From a bacterium (GTDB lineage Bacteria > Krumholzibacteriota > Krumholzibacteriia > LZORAL124-64-63): a stretch of DNA of 64,000 nucleotides. Of the stretch, positions 19,499-30,565 are shown piece by piece. Position numbers and translations under genes: made by a program. Numbering within the stretch: position 1 is the first letter of the stretch; every line of letters begins with the position of its first letter. The notes beneath the pieces are model-generated. The model was not told where the DNA came from and did no database searches. It saw only the letters and a list, made by a program, of their open reading frames with translations. The stretch covers positions 1,873 to 65,872 of the forward strand of contig JAGRNP010000002.1 of NCBI GenBank assembly GCA_020440705.1, read 5' to 3'.

Positions 19499-22216
19499 CT
19501 ACCACTTCACCAGCCGCACGTCCTCCACCAGCTTCACGATCCGCCGGTTGCGCTGGGCCGCGAACACGACTGCGCTGCCGTCCGGCGCCACGCCCAGCGA
19601 CTCGGTCTCGTAGCGCTCGGCGAAGCCCGCCAGGGGAATGCGGGTGTCCAGGGTGTCGTGGCCGATGCGGAACTCCTGCCAGAAGATGCCGCTGGTGCCC
19701 TCGGGCGACTGCCCGATGTAGACGATGCCGCGGCCGTCGGCCGCCCAGCGGGCCCGTCCGTAGACCACGTCGCGGTCGCGCTTCAGCACCGGGATCACGA
19801 CCTCGAAGTCGACGTCCTCGCCCGTGGCGATCTCCACGACCTTGATCACGAAGTCGAGGCTGCGCACCACCGAGTACAGGGCGTAGCGCCCGTCGGGCGA
19901 CACCTCCGGCAGCAGGTTCGCGCCCGGCGCGATGATCGAGGCCTCGCTGCCGTCGGGCCGGATGCGCCAGATGCCGATCTTGGCGCTGGCGCCGCTCGAG
20001 TGGACGACCCACTCGCCGTCCGGGGTCATGGTCGGGTTTTCGGCGTCCTCGCCGTCGTTGGTCACCTGGCGTGCGTTGCCGGCGTCGGCGTTGGCCATCC
20101 ACACCTCCATGTGGCCGCCCCGGTCCGAGCTCCACAGCAGGTGCCGCCCGTCGGGCGTGTAGGCCGGATCCCAGTCGTGGGCCGGATCGTCGGTCACCTG
20201 GCGCACCTCGCGCGTGGCCAGGTCGACGGTCCAGAGGTCGATGTTGCCCGCCCGGTTCGACGAGAACAGCACCTTGGTGCCGTCGGGCGAGAAGACGGGC
20301 TGGCGGTCGCGGCCCATGCTCGCGGTGAGCAGCCGGGCCGGGCCGGCCGGGCGTCCGTCCACCAGGTCGACGATCATCAGCTCGGAATACTGCTCGTGCT
20401 CGTCGAAAACGACCTGGTGGTCGTTGATGGCGTCGATGGAGGTGTAGCCCCAGCCGCCGCGCGGCATGCGGAACGTCGACCAGAACAGGGGACGACTCGT
20501 GCCGGCCTCGACGTCGATCTGCATGGCCAGGGCCGGCGCGCCGGACATGAAGCTGAGCAGGTCGATGCCCTGGCCCACGAGCACCGACGACCCGTCGGCC
20601 GACCAGTGCGGGCCGGTGAAGGCTCCCGTCCACGGCGTGGCCTCGACGGTGCGCTCGTCGCCCGTGTCGAGATCGTGCAGCCAGAAGACGTTGGCGATCA
20701 TCTTGTTCCCGGTCAGGGAGGTCTCGGAGAAGGAGATGCGCCGGCTCCCCGGCACCCAGCGCAGCCCGTACACGAGGCGATTCTCGATGGTGCGGACGAT
20801 GCGCTCCTCGCCGGACTGGATGTCGGCGACGCCGATGGTGACGATGTTGTTGCCGTCGACGGGCGTCATGCGGCTGAACACGACCTGGTTGCCGTCGGGC
20901 GACCAGTCGGCCTCGACGACGTCGCTCATCAGGCGCCGCGGGTTGCCGCCGAGCAGGGCCTGGCGGTAGAGGTCGCGCTGGAAGCCCTCGTCGCGGGCGA
21001 AGAGGATGTGCGAGCCGTCGGGCGAGAAGCGGGGCCGGTCGTCGGCGCCCTGCGTGAGCGGGGCCTCGTTGCCCGTGGCCAGCTGCTTGATCCAGATGCG
21101 CGTGCGGCCGTCGCGGTCTGAGACGAAGGCGATCGTCTTGCCGTCGGGCGAGGCGTCGGGCGCCCAGTCGCGGCCGGAGTAGGTCAGGTTGAGGATGCGG
21201 GCGGGCACGGGCGTCTCCGCCGCCGGCGAGCCCAGCTTCAGCCCGACGAGGGCGGCCACCGCGACCCAGCCGACGACCGCCGCGATGACCACGCCGCGGC
21301 GCGACCGCGCCGGTGGGGCGTCGTCGCCCGCGGCGGGGCCGTCCGTCGCCCCGTCGTCCTCGCCGCCGAGCACCGCGTCGATCTCCAGCCGGGCGTCGGC
21401 GATGTCGTGCAGGCGCTCGGTCGGGTCCTTGCGCAGGCAGCGCCGCAGCAGGCGGCGCACTCCGGGCGACAGTCCGTCCGGCAGGCCCGACCAGTCGGGC
21501 TCGCCGCGCAGCACGGCGGCGATGGTGTCGCTCGCCGTCTCGCCGGGATGGGCCCGCACGCCGGTGAGCATCTCGAACAGCACGCAGCCGAAGGCCCAGA
21601 TGTCGGTGCGCCGGTCGACGGCCTTGCCGCGGGCCTGCTCGGGCGACATGTAGGCCGCCGTGCCCAGCACCGACCCGGCCACCGTCATCTCGGAGGTGAC
21701 GGTCGGCAGGCTGCCCGGATCGGGCGCGGCCGCATCGTCGCCCTGGTAGATCTTGGCCAGGCCGAAGTCGAGCACCTTCACCCGGTCGTCGTCGCCCACC
21801 TTCACGTTGGCGGGCTTCAGGTCGCGGTGGACGATGCCCTTGCCGTGGGCGGCCTCCAGGGCCAGGGCGATCTGGCGCGCGATGGCCAGGGCGCGGCCCT
21901 CGGACAGGGCGCCCGCGGCCAGGCGTTCGGACAGGTCGGCCCCCGCGACCAGCTCCATCACCAGGAAGTGATGGCCGTCCATCTCCTCGAGGCTGTGGAT
22001 CCCGGCCACGTGGGGGTGGCTGAAGGCGGCCAGGGCCTTGGCCTCGGCGTGGAAGCGGGCGTGGCGGCCGGGGTCGGCCGTGAAGGCGGGGGGCAGGAAC
22101 TTGAGGGCGACGCGGCGGCCGAGACGGTTGTCGACGGCCGCCCAGACCTCGCCCATGCCGCCGACACCCAGACGGTCCTCGATGGTGTAGTGGCCCAGGA
22201 CCAGTCCGCTCTGCAT
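19499..22216 (-). CDS. Ser/Thr protein kinase fused to TolB-like (PD40/WD40) beta-propeller
   Basis: N-terminal kinase (GVGGMGEVW, HRDLKPANV, DFGLAK), one TM helix, then a long periplasmic region of TolB-type repeats (SPDG ... FxS.R). Confidence 0.9.
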   Translation of the reverse strand: MQSGLVLGHYTIEDRLGVGGMGEVWAAVDNRLGRRVALKFLPPAFTADPGRHARFHAEAKALAAFSHPHVAGIHSLEEMDGHHFLVMELVAGADLSERLAAGALSEGRALAIARQIALALEAAHGKGIVHRDLKPANVKVGDDDRVKVLDFGLAKIYQGDDAAAPDPGSLPTVTSEMTVAGSVLGTAAYMSPEQARGKAVDRRTDIWAFGCVLFEMLTGVRAHPGETASDTIAAVLRGEPDWSGLPDGLSPGVRRLLRRCLRKDPTERLHDIADARLEIDAVLGGEDDGATDGPAAGDDAPPARSRRGVVIAAVVGWVAVAALVGLKLGSPAAETPVPARILNLTYSGRDWAPDASPDGKTIAFVSDRDGRTRIWIKQLATGNEAPLTQGADDRPRFSPDGSHILFARDEGFQRDLYRQALLGGNPRRLMSDVVEADWSPDGNQVVFSRMTPVDGNNIVTIGVADIQSGEERIVRTIENRLVYGLRWVPGSRRISFSETSLTGNKMIANVFWLHDLDTGDERTVEATPWTGAFTGPHWSADGSSVLVGQGIDLLSFMSGAPALAMQIDVEAGTSRPLFWSTFRMPRGGWGYTSIDAINDHQVVFDEHEQYSELMIVDLVDGRPAGPARLLTASMGRDRQPVFSPDGTKVLFSSNRAGNIDLWTVDLATREVRQVTDDPAHDWDPAYTPDGRHLLWSSDRGGHMEVWMANADAGNARQVTNDGEDAENPTMTPDGEWVVHSSGASAKIGIWRIRPDGSEASIIAPGANLLPEVSPDGRYALYSVVRSLDFVIKVVEIATGEDVDFEVVIPVLKRDRDVVYGRARWAADGRGIVYIGQSPEGTSGIFWQEFRIGHDTLDTRIPLAGFAERYETESLGVAPDGSAVVFAAQRNRRIVKLVEDVRLVKW

Positions 22217-22374
22217 GGAGATCCGTTTCGCTGGAGGCTGCGGCCACCCTCAGGGCGGGGCGACTTCGGGGGGCAGCATACAGGGAATCGGGCGATCGTG
22301 CATCCGCCGATGAGGTTGGCATCACAGGTGAAAAATGTCCTCATTTTCATAGTTAAAAAATAAACAAGTTTTCC

Positions 22375-22403
22375 TTGCCCATCGCCCCACCACCGAGTAG
22401 GAT
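22375..22403 (+). promoter_or_regulatory. candidate sigma70 promoter (TTGCCC-17-TAGGAT) for the small ORF
   Basis: Hexamers at 22375-22380 and 22398-22403 with a 17-nt spacer, just downstream of an AT-rich island (22322-22370). Confidence 0.3.
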
Positions 22404-22453
22404 TTAGGGGCGCACTGAAAACCACATCGCAAGACGAGCAGGAGCCGAGAACG

Positions 22454-22591
22454 ATGAACACCCCCGCCAACGAGACCCGCGACCGGATCTGCATCAAGGA
22501 CGTCTGCCTTCAGGTCGGCGTGTGGGGCATGCTCGTGGTGGGATTCCTGACCGTCTGCATCGCGGTGCCCCTGCTGGCACTGAACATCTGA
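22454..22591 (+). CDS. small hydrophobic protein (45 aa, one TM helix)
   Basis: MNTPANETRDRICIKDVCLQVGVWGMLVVGFLTVCIAVPLLALNI. GAGCAGGAG SD 8 nt upstream. A rho-independent terminator follows directly. Not in the ORF track because it is short. Confidence 0.35.
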   Translation: MNTPANETRDRICIKDVCLQVGVWGMLVVGFLTVCIAVPLLALNI

Positions 22592-22617
22592 CGCATTCCC
22601 CCCTCTGTGGGTGAGTC

Positions 22618-22651
22618 GCAAAAAACCCCGGACCTGGTCCGGGGTTTTTTT
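22618..22651. terminator. bidirectional rho-independent terminator
   Basis: AAAAACCCCGGACC-TGGTCCGGGGTTTTTTT: a 7-9 bp GC stem flanked by an A-run and a T-run. It lies between the convergent small ORF (+) and the 22683..23564 gene (-). Confidence 0.6.
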
Positions 22652-22682
22652 GCGTGCGAATCGGGTCGGGAGTCGGTTCGGA

Positions 22683-23564
22683 CTAGCGGTACATGGCCTT
22701 CACCGTGCCGAGGCTCATGTCCTCGACGGCGGCCTTCCCGACCACGCCGTATTCGACGTCGTCGTAGGTCAGGGTCAGGATGCCGCTCCCGTCCGGACAG
22801 CCCGAGCGGTTGTAACGGTGCAGCTCGGCCTGCAGGCGCATGGCCTGGCCGTACTCGCGGCCGCCGTGGCCGCGGCCCCGATGGCCCCGGCGCGGCGTCG
22901 CGGCCGACGCGAGGAAGGCGTCCGTCTTGTCGACCGTCCCGGCGATCAGGTCGGGCGCGCCCGAGGCCAGATTCAGCTTGGCCACGATCTGCTCGCGCAT
23001 GAGGGCGAACATCAGCAGGCAGTGGCGCCTCATCTGCAGCACGCTCTCCAGCTCGCTCCGGTCCATCTCGCGATCGCCCACCACGAGGCGGTCCACGGGC
23101 CACAGACCCGGATTCTCCAGCCAGAAGTCGGCCGTGTGCGTGCAGCCGTCGCCCGCCGGATCGACGGCGCCGCTGCAGCCCGGGTCGATGCTGAAGCCGT
23201 CGCTGGTCGTGTTGTTGCCGCCGGCCGTGATGTCGTACACCCAGAACTGGCCTTCCACGGTGTAGGTCCCGTCCAGGGGCGCATCCCAGTCGCCGCCCAC
23301 CAGGAAGCTGAGCATGGGGCCGGCGAGCGGGTCGAGCATTCCGCTGTAGTCGAAGCGCTGCACCTCGAACCCGTCGGCGTCCCGCAGCACAACCGCGTAC
23401 TCGAGCTGGCCCATGAAGGCGCCGTCGCGGACCACGATGTCCACGTTGGCGTTCCACCCGTTGCAATCGGCGCTCCCGGAGAGGGCGTCGAGCGTGAACG
23501 CCGAGGTGAACTGCGGCGTGGCGAGCAAAATGAGAAGGGCGGATGCGAGAGTGATCTTCCTCAT
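22683..23564 (-). CDS. secreted hypothetical protein
   Basis: 293 aa. Signal peptide MRKITLASALLILLATPQFTSA. GGGAGAAG SD. No known motif. Confidence 0.55.
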   Translation of the reverse strand: MRKITLASALLILLATPQFTSAFTLDALSGSADCNGWNANVDIVVRDGAFMGQLEYAVVLRDADGFEVQRFDYSGMLDPLAGPMLSFLVGGDWDAPLDGTYTVEGQFWVYDITAGGNNTTSDGFSIDPGCSGAVDPAGDGCTHTADFWLENPGLWPVDRLVVGDREMDRSELESVLQMRRHCLLMFALMREQIVAKLNLASGAPDLIAGTVDKTDAFLASAATPRRGHRGRGHGGREYGQAMRLQAELHRYNRSGCPDGSGILTLTYDDVEYGVVGKAAVEDMSLGTVKAMYR

Positions 23565-23851
23565 GGCTACTTCTCCCGGTTTTGCCTTTCCCCTGGGGGA
23601 GCAGGCGACCTCGATTCAATCGGGTCGGTGCAATCAAAGGGCCAGTTTTGCGCCATGGTTCTCATTTTGGATTCATGATGTCCCGGGTTCGGCGCGGCGA
23701 GAAGGCCCTGTCGCGGGATCCGGGGCCCGTTCGGGCCGCCCCCCGATCGTCTGCGGGCTGACAGCCCCGCGTCGGTTGTGGTAGATTGCCCGGCGACGAG
23801 AGATTCCGGCGGCCGTGCGGGCCGCCCGGCCAACCGGAGAACGGAGAAGAG

Positions 23852-24292
23852 ATGAAGCGCTCCCTGACGATCCTGCTGACCCTGGCCATCGCGGTCGTGC
23901 TGGCCGTGCCGGCCGTCGCCGACCAGGCCCAGGCCGCCACCGACGCCGCCAAGGGCGAACTCAGCCACGCCAACCGGACCGGCGAGATGCAGATGTACCA
24001 CATCGTGCTCGCCGAGCACGGCCCCAACTGGAAGAGCCAGGGTTCGGACGAGGGCATGAACGTGCGGATGGAAGTCATCGACGCCATCAAGAAGGGCGCG
24101 AAGAACGGCGTCGTCGTCTCGGCCGGCCTGGTCAACGACGAGACCGATGTCGAGTTCATCATCATCCTGAACGTCGAGACCAAGACCGAGGCCTGGAACA
24201 TCATCCACGCCTCGAAGCACGTGAAGGACGGCTTCTACAAGCCCGTCATCTACTCGTACTTCGCGCCCAAGGGCCTGACCGTCCAGCAGTAG
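23852..24292 (+). CDS. secreted hypothetical protein
   Basis: ATG after a GGAGAACGGAGAAGAG SD. Signal peptide MKRSLTILLTLAIAVVLAVPAVA. A TGACAG-18-TAGATT promoter-like pair lies at 23758-23787. Confidence 0.6.
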   Translation: MKRSLTILLTLAIAVVLAVPAVADQAQAATDAAKGELSHANRTGEMQMYHIVLAEHGPNWKSQGSDEGMNVRMEVIDAIKKGAKNGVVVSAGLVNDETDVEFIIILNVETKTEAWNIIHASKHVKDGFYKPVIYSYFAPKGLTVQQ

Positions 24293-24294
24293 CC

Positions 24295-25278
24295 TTGCCC
24301 CTGCTGCCCGGAGACGAGTACCGGCCCGCGTGGCCGTTCCGCAACGCCGACGCCGGCACCATCATCCCCAGTGCGCTGAGGAGGGTGCCGGCGTTGCCGT
24401 ACGTCCGCGAACGGGTCGAACTGCCCGACGGCGACTTCGTCGACCTGGACTGGAGCCGCGTCGGCGCCGGCCGCACCGCGCTGCTCTGCCACGGCCTCGA
24501 GGGCAACAGCGAGCGTCCCTACATGCGCGGCATGGCGCGGGCCCTGAACGCGGCCGGCTGGGACGTGGCCGCGCTGAACCTCCGCGGTTGCAGCGCCGAG
24601 CCCAACCGGCTGGCGCGCTTCTACCACAACGGCGCCACCGACGACCTGCGGGCCGTGGTCGCCCATCTCGACGCGCCGACGCTCGCCCTGGTCGGCTTCA
24701 GCCTCGGGGGCAACCTCATCCTGAACTATCTCGGCGAGGAGCCGGCCACCGTGCCGGACCGCGTCGCGGCGGCCATCGCCGTCTCGGCGCCGGTCGACCT
24801 GGCCGGCACCGCCGCGCGTCTCGTCGCGCCGCGCAACCGGATCTACCACGACCGCTTCCTGCGCAAGCTGCGGCGGAAGATCCGGGCCAAGGCCGCCGCC
24901 CGCCCGGGTCTGGTCGATCCCGCGGGCCTCGCGCGCGTGCGCACCCTCATCGACTTCGACGACCTCTACACCGCGCCGCTCCACGGCTTCGCCGATGCCG
25001 CCGACTACTACGAGCGCTGCTCCTCGGGCGCCCGCCTGCCCGCCATCCGGGTGCCGACCCTGCTGCTGACCGCCGCCGACGACCCGCTGCTGGGCGCCGG
25101 GTGCTTTCCCGCCGAGGCGGCCGGATCGTCCGCCGCCTTCCACCTCCTGGTCACCCGCTGGGGCGGCCACAACGGGTTCCGCGCACCGGGCGGCGTCTAC
25201 TGGTCGGAACGGCAGGCGGTCCGCTTCCTGGACCGGGTCGCCCCCGCCGCGGCCGACTTGTCGAATTCCGCGCCTTGA
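24295..25278 (+). CDS. alpha/beta hydrolase, YheT-like family
   Basis: Collinear with E. coli YheT (VELPDGDFVDLDWS, LLCHGLEG, RGCS..PN). GFSLGGN nucleophile elbow. The only in-frame start before the conserved region is TTG 24295, so the start is uncertain. Confidence 0.7.
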   Translation: MPLLPGDEYRPAWPFRNADAGTIIPSALRRVPALPYVRERVELPDGDFVDLDWSRVGAGRTALLCHGLEGNSERPYMRGMARALNAAGWDVAALNLRGCSAEPNRLARFYHNGATDDLRAVVAHLDAPTLALVGFSLGGNLILNYLGEEPATVPDRVAAAIAVSAPVDLAGTAARLVAPRNRIYHDRFLRKLRRKIRAKAAARPGLVDPAGLARVRTLIDFDDLYTAPLHGFADAADYYERCSSGARLPAIRVPTLLLTAADDPLLGAGCFPAEAAGSSAAFHLLVTRWGGHNGFRAPGGVYWSERQAVRFLDRVAPAAADLSNSAP

Positions 25279-25333
25279 GTATGATGAGGCCGGAGGCCGC
25301 TTCGGGGGAAGGGGCCTCCGAAAGGATCCCGGC

Positions 25334-27313
<1,980 letters not shown>

Positions 27314-27425
27314 CGCCGGCCGCCCTTTTCCGGATCATGACTCCAACCCCTGATGGATCGAAGAACGGACGGATCCGCCCGGTAACGGCGGGGACCCCTG
27401 CCCGCGATCAGTTGGAGGTTTTTTC

Positions 27426-28013
27426 ATGCGCACCATTCTCTGTGGAATGATCCTGGTGCTGGCGCTGGGGGCTCTCGCGGGTTGCTCGGTCTTCGGCATC
27501 GCCACCAAGGGCGAGCTGGAACGGCAGGACGCGGAATTCACCGACCGCCTCGCCGACCAGTCCGCCGCCCTGGACGGGCGCCTGGCCGCCGTCGGCGGCC
27601 GGCTCGAGGCCATGGACCGGGAGCTCGGCGCGGCCATTGCCGACCTCGCGGACGAGAACCGGGCCACGGCCGTCGCCGTGGCCGAGGTCCGCACCCGCTT
27701 CGAGGGAATCCAGGGGCAGCTGCAGCTCGCCCTGGCCGATCTCGAGAGCGTGGCCGCGGCCGCCGAGCGGGCCGAGGCGGGCAGCCGCCAGGCCATGCAG
27801 GTCCACCGCGACGTGCTCCAGGCCGAGCGCGCCCGGCTGCAGGACCGCCTGCGGGAACTGGACTACCAGCTCGCGGCCCTGCCCGGCGCCACGCCGCCGG
27901 TGACGGTCACCGAGCTGCCGGCGCCCCTGGTGCCGGAGGCGGTGGCGCGGGGGCCCGCGTCTGCCGGCGGGCTGCCGCGGCCGGGTCTGCGCCTGCCGGA
28001 CAAGTCGCATTGA
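27426..28013 (+). CDS. coiled-coil lipoprotein
   Basis: GGAGG SD. Lipobox LAGCSV. The rest is Ala/Leu/Glu/Arg-rich heptad sequence. Confidence 0.6.
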   Translation: MRTILCGMILVLALGALAGCSVFGIATKGELERQDAEFTDRLADQSAALDGRLAAVGGRLEAMDRELGAAIADLADENRATAVAVAEVRTRFEGIQGQLQLALADLESVAAAAERAEAGSRQAMQVHRDVLQAERARLQDRLRELDYQLAALPGATPPVTVTELPAPLVPEAVARGPASAGGLPRPGLRLPDKSH

Positions 28014-28038
28014 CGGGCCGGCCCCGGAGCGCGGGGCC

Positions 28039-28857
28039 GTGCCGGAGGAGACGCCCGTGCGTTGCGCCATGTGCCAGACGGACCTCTCCGCCCCGGCGGC
28101 TCCGGCCGCCGGGGCGGACCCCTACCGGCGCTGCAGCCACTGCGGCGGCGTCTTCCTCGACCCCTATCCGGCCGTCCAGTCCAACGTCGTCTTCGAAGGC
28201 CCCGAGGGCGTCGCCCGCCAGGCCGAGATCGAGGCGGGCCGGCGCGCCTACTTCGCCCGCCACCTGGTCCGCATCGAGCGCCGCATGGACGCGACGGTGC
28301 AGAACTGGCGCCTGCTGGAGATCGGCTGCGGCTCGGGCGTGCTGCTCTCCCTGGCCCGCGAGCGGGGGTGGCGCGCCGATGCCATCGAACTCTCGCCCGA
28401 GCTGGTCGCCTGCGCCCGCGCGGCCAACCCCGACGCCGAGATCACCTGCGGCGACATCACCGACCCCACCGTCGGCCGGGCCGACTACGACGCCGTCCTG
28501 GCCCTCGACGTCATCGAGCACGTGCTCGCCCCCGACGACCTGCTGCGCAACTGCGGCGCCCACCTGCGGCGCGGCGGTCTCCTGCTGTTGCAGACCCCCA
28601 ACGCCGAGGGCCTGCGGCACCGGCTCGAGGGACCGCGCTGGGACATGCGGGATCCGCGGCAGCACGTGAACCTCTACACGGCTCGCGGCCTGGTCGGGGC
28701 CCTCGGGCGCACGGGCTACGAGGTCGTGAGCCTCGGCACCATCAGCGGCACGGGCCTGGAGGCGGGGTGGCGGCGCGTGGCGGCCCGGGTGAAGGAGGGG
28801 GTCCTCGACCAGCTGCGGCTGGGCAACGCCCTGGTCGTGGTCGGTCGCCGGAAGTAG
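28039..28857 (+). CDS. class I SAM-dependent methyltransferase with N-terminal Cys4 zinc ribbon
   Basis: CAMCQ ... CSHCGG zinc ribbon. SAM motif I (LLEIGCGSGVL). An acidic post-I aspartate is present. Confidence 0.7.
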   Translation: MPEETPVRCAMCQTDLSAPAAPAAGADPYRRCSHCGGVFLDPYPAVQSNVVFEGPEGVARQAEIEAGRRAYFARHLVRIERRMDATVQNWRLLEIGCGSGVLLSLARERGWRADAIELSPELVACARAANPDAEITCGDITDPTVGRADYDAVLALDVIEHVLAPDDLLRNCGAHLRRGGLLLLQTPNAEGLRHRLEGPRWDMRDPRQHVNLYTARGLVGALGRTGYEVVSLGTISGTGLEAGWRRVAARVKEGVLDQLRLGNALVVVGRRK

Positions 28858-28874
28858 CGGCCCGCGACGCGGGG

Positions 28875-29693
28875 TCAGCCCAGCCAGTCGCCGTACAGCT
28901 CGGGTCGGCGATCCCGCAGGAAGAGGGTCCGCGCGGGGGACGCCGCGCAGGCGGCGAGGTCGAGTTCGACGTCCAGGATCGCATCGCGCCCCTCGGCGGC
29001 CCGCGCCAGCACGCGGCCGTCCGGCCCGCACACGAAACTCTCCCCGCTGAAGGTCAGGTGCTCCTCCTCGCCCACCCGGTTGCACAGGGCGGTGAAGGTG
29101 CCGTTCTGGAACGCGGCCACCTGCATCTCCGCCTCGTACAGGCCGTCCGGCCATTCGCCCACGGCGCCCGCCTGGGGCACGACCACGAGTTCGGCACCCT
29201 GCAGGGCCAGGGCGCGCATGTACTCCGGATAGTGCCGGTCGTAGCAGATGGCGACGCCGATGCGACCGAACCGCGTGGCGTAGACCGGCGCGCCCCGATC
29301 GCCGGGCGCGTAGAAGCCCCGTTCGTGGAAGTGCGCGTAGTCGGTGATGTGGACCATCCGGGTGACGCCGAGCAGGGTGCCGTCGGCGTCGATGACGGGC
29401 GAGGAGTCCCAGGTGCGGCCGTCGGCGGCCTCGAAGAGGTTCAGCACCACGACGACGCCCAGCTCCCGGGCCAAAGCCTGGAACGCCGTCGTGATCGGGC
29501 CGGGCACGGTCTCGGCGCGGGCGAGGAGGTCGGGGGTGGCCGTCACCTGCGGGTAAAAGCGCTCGAAGGCCAGCTCGGCGAAGGCGATCACGTCGGCGCC
29601 CCGGGCGGCGGCTTCCCGGGCGGCGGCGAGACCACGGGCCACGTTGGCGTCCTTGTCCCAGGTGGCGTGCTGCTGGATGAGGGCCAGGCGCAT
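28875..29693 (-). CDS. carbon-nitrogen hydrolase (nitrilase superfamily)
   Basis: The start was taken at MRLALIQQ. The E-K-C triad context (AFAE ... RK/MVH ... GVAICYD) is present. Confidence 0.8.
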   Translation of the reverse strand: MRLALIQQHATWDKDANVARGLAAAREAAARGADVIAFAELAFERFYPQVTATPDLLARAETVPGPITTAFQALARELGVVVVLNLFEAADGRTWDSSPVIDADGTLLGVTRMVHITDYAHFHERGFYAPGDRGAPVYATRFGRIGVAICYDRHYPEYMRALALQGAELVVVPQAGAVGEWPDGLYEAEMQVAAFQNGTFTALCNRVGEEEHLTFSGESFVCGPDGRVLARAAEGRDAILDVELDLAACAASPARTLFLRDRRPELYGDWLG

Positions 29694-29856
29694 GGAGGTG
29701 TCCTCGCGTTGGGGTTCCGGCGGTGCGCGGCGAGCATAGGCGAGCCGCTCCACGGTGGCAAGCCTTGACACAGGGACAATGACAACCCGGTTGCACGGAT
29801 GGCGGCAGCGCGGCCAAGCCCGCTCGACTGCATCAGAAACGTCTGCCCCGAAACAG

Positions 29857-29940
29857 CTTGATCAATTTTGACAATAGTATTGTCATCTATGACTGGCGCG
29901 ACGTGTGCGGGTGCGATTCATGACAATCAGGTTGCCGATG
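29857..29940. promoter_or_regulatory. candidate MarR operator cluster (palindromes)
   Basis: TTGATCAA (29858-29865), near-perfect palindrome TTGACAATA-G-TATTGTCA (29868-29885) and a third TGACAAT (29931-29937), about 110-190 bp upstream of the MarR gene. Confidence 0.4.
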
Positions 29941-30049
29941 ACGGTTCCGGACCGCTTCGCCCGGTCGCCTTCGCCAACTCGACAATCATCTTGTCGAACT
30001 GCGGTCCGTGCCCTAGTCTCCCGGCAACCCCAACCCGGGAGCCCCCGCC

Positions 30050-30565
30050 ATGGCCGATCGCCAGACCGTCTTCGCCCTGAACACCCTGATCATGACGACC
30101 CGCGCCCTGGCGGACGACCTGCGCGATCTGGCGGCGGCGCTGCACGCCGACAGCGAGCTGAGCGTGGCCGAGCGGGCGCTGATGCTCGAACTGCGGCGCA
30201 ACGGGCCCCGCACCGTGCCGGAGCTGGCCCGGGCCCGCGCGATCAGCCGCCAGGCGACCCAGACCACCGCCAACCCGCTGCTCGCGCGGGGGCTGCTCGA
30301 ACGGCTGCCGAATCCGCGGCACCGGCGTTCGGTCCGGCTGGGCTTGACCGAGGCGGGGGTCGATCTCGTGCGGCGGGCCATGCGGCGGGAAGGGGATCTG
30401 CTGGCCGAGATGGCGCGCGACCTCGAGGCGCCGGAGCTCCAGCAGGCGACCGAGACCCTCGCGCTCGTGCAGCAGGCGGTGCGGCGGGAGGCGCCGGCGG
30501 AGAATGCCGCGCCGTCCGCGTCCGCGGTCACCCCGCCGGCCCGGGCCCGCGAAGCCGAGGCCTAG
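30050..30565 (+). CDS. MarR-family transcriptional regulator
   Basis: Winged-HTH core ELRRNGPRTVPELARARAISRQATQTTANPLLARGLLER ... RSVRLGLTEAG. Confidence 0.85.
   Translation: MADRQTVFALNTLIMTTRALADDLRDLAAALHADSELSVAERALMLELRRNGPRTVPELARARAISRQATQTTANPLLARGLLERLPNPRHRRSVRLGLTEAGVDLVRRAMRREGDLLAEMARDLEAPELQQATETLALVQQAVRREAPAENAAPSASAVTPPARAREAEA

Noticed and set aside
19452-22325. 957-aa minus-strand ORF in an alternate frame to the kinase-propeller gene, and the plus-strand ORFs 18007..19845 and 19658..21121
   Set aside because: Only the 19499..22216 frame carries kinase catalytic motifs and PD40 repeats. The others are GC-frame artefacts with no motifs.
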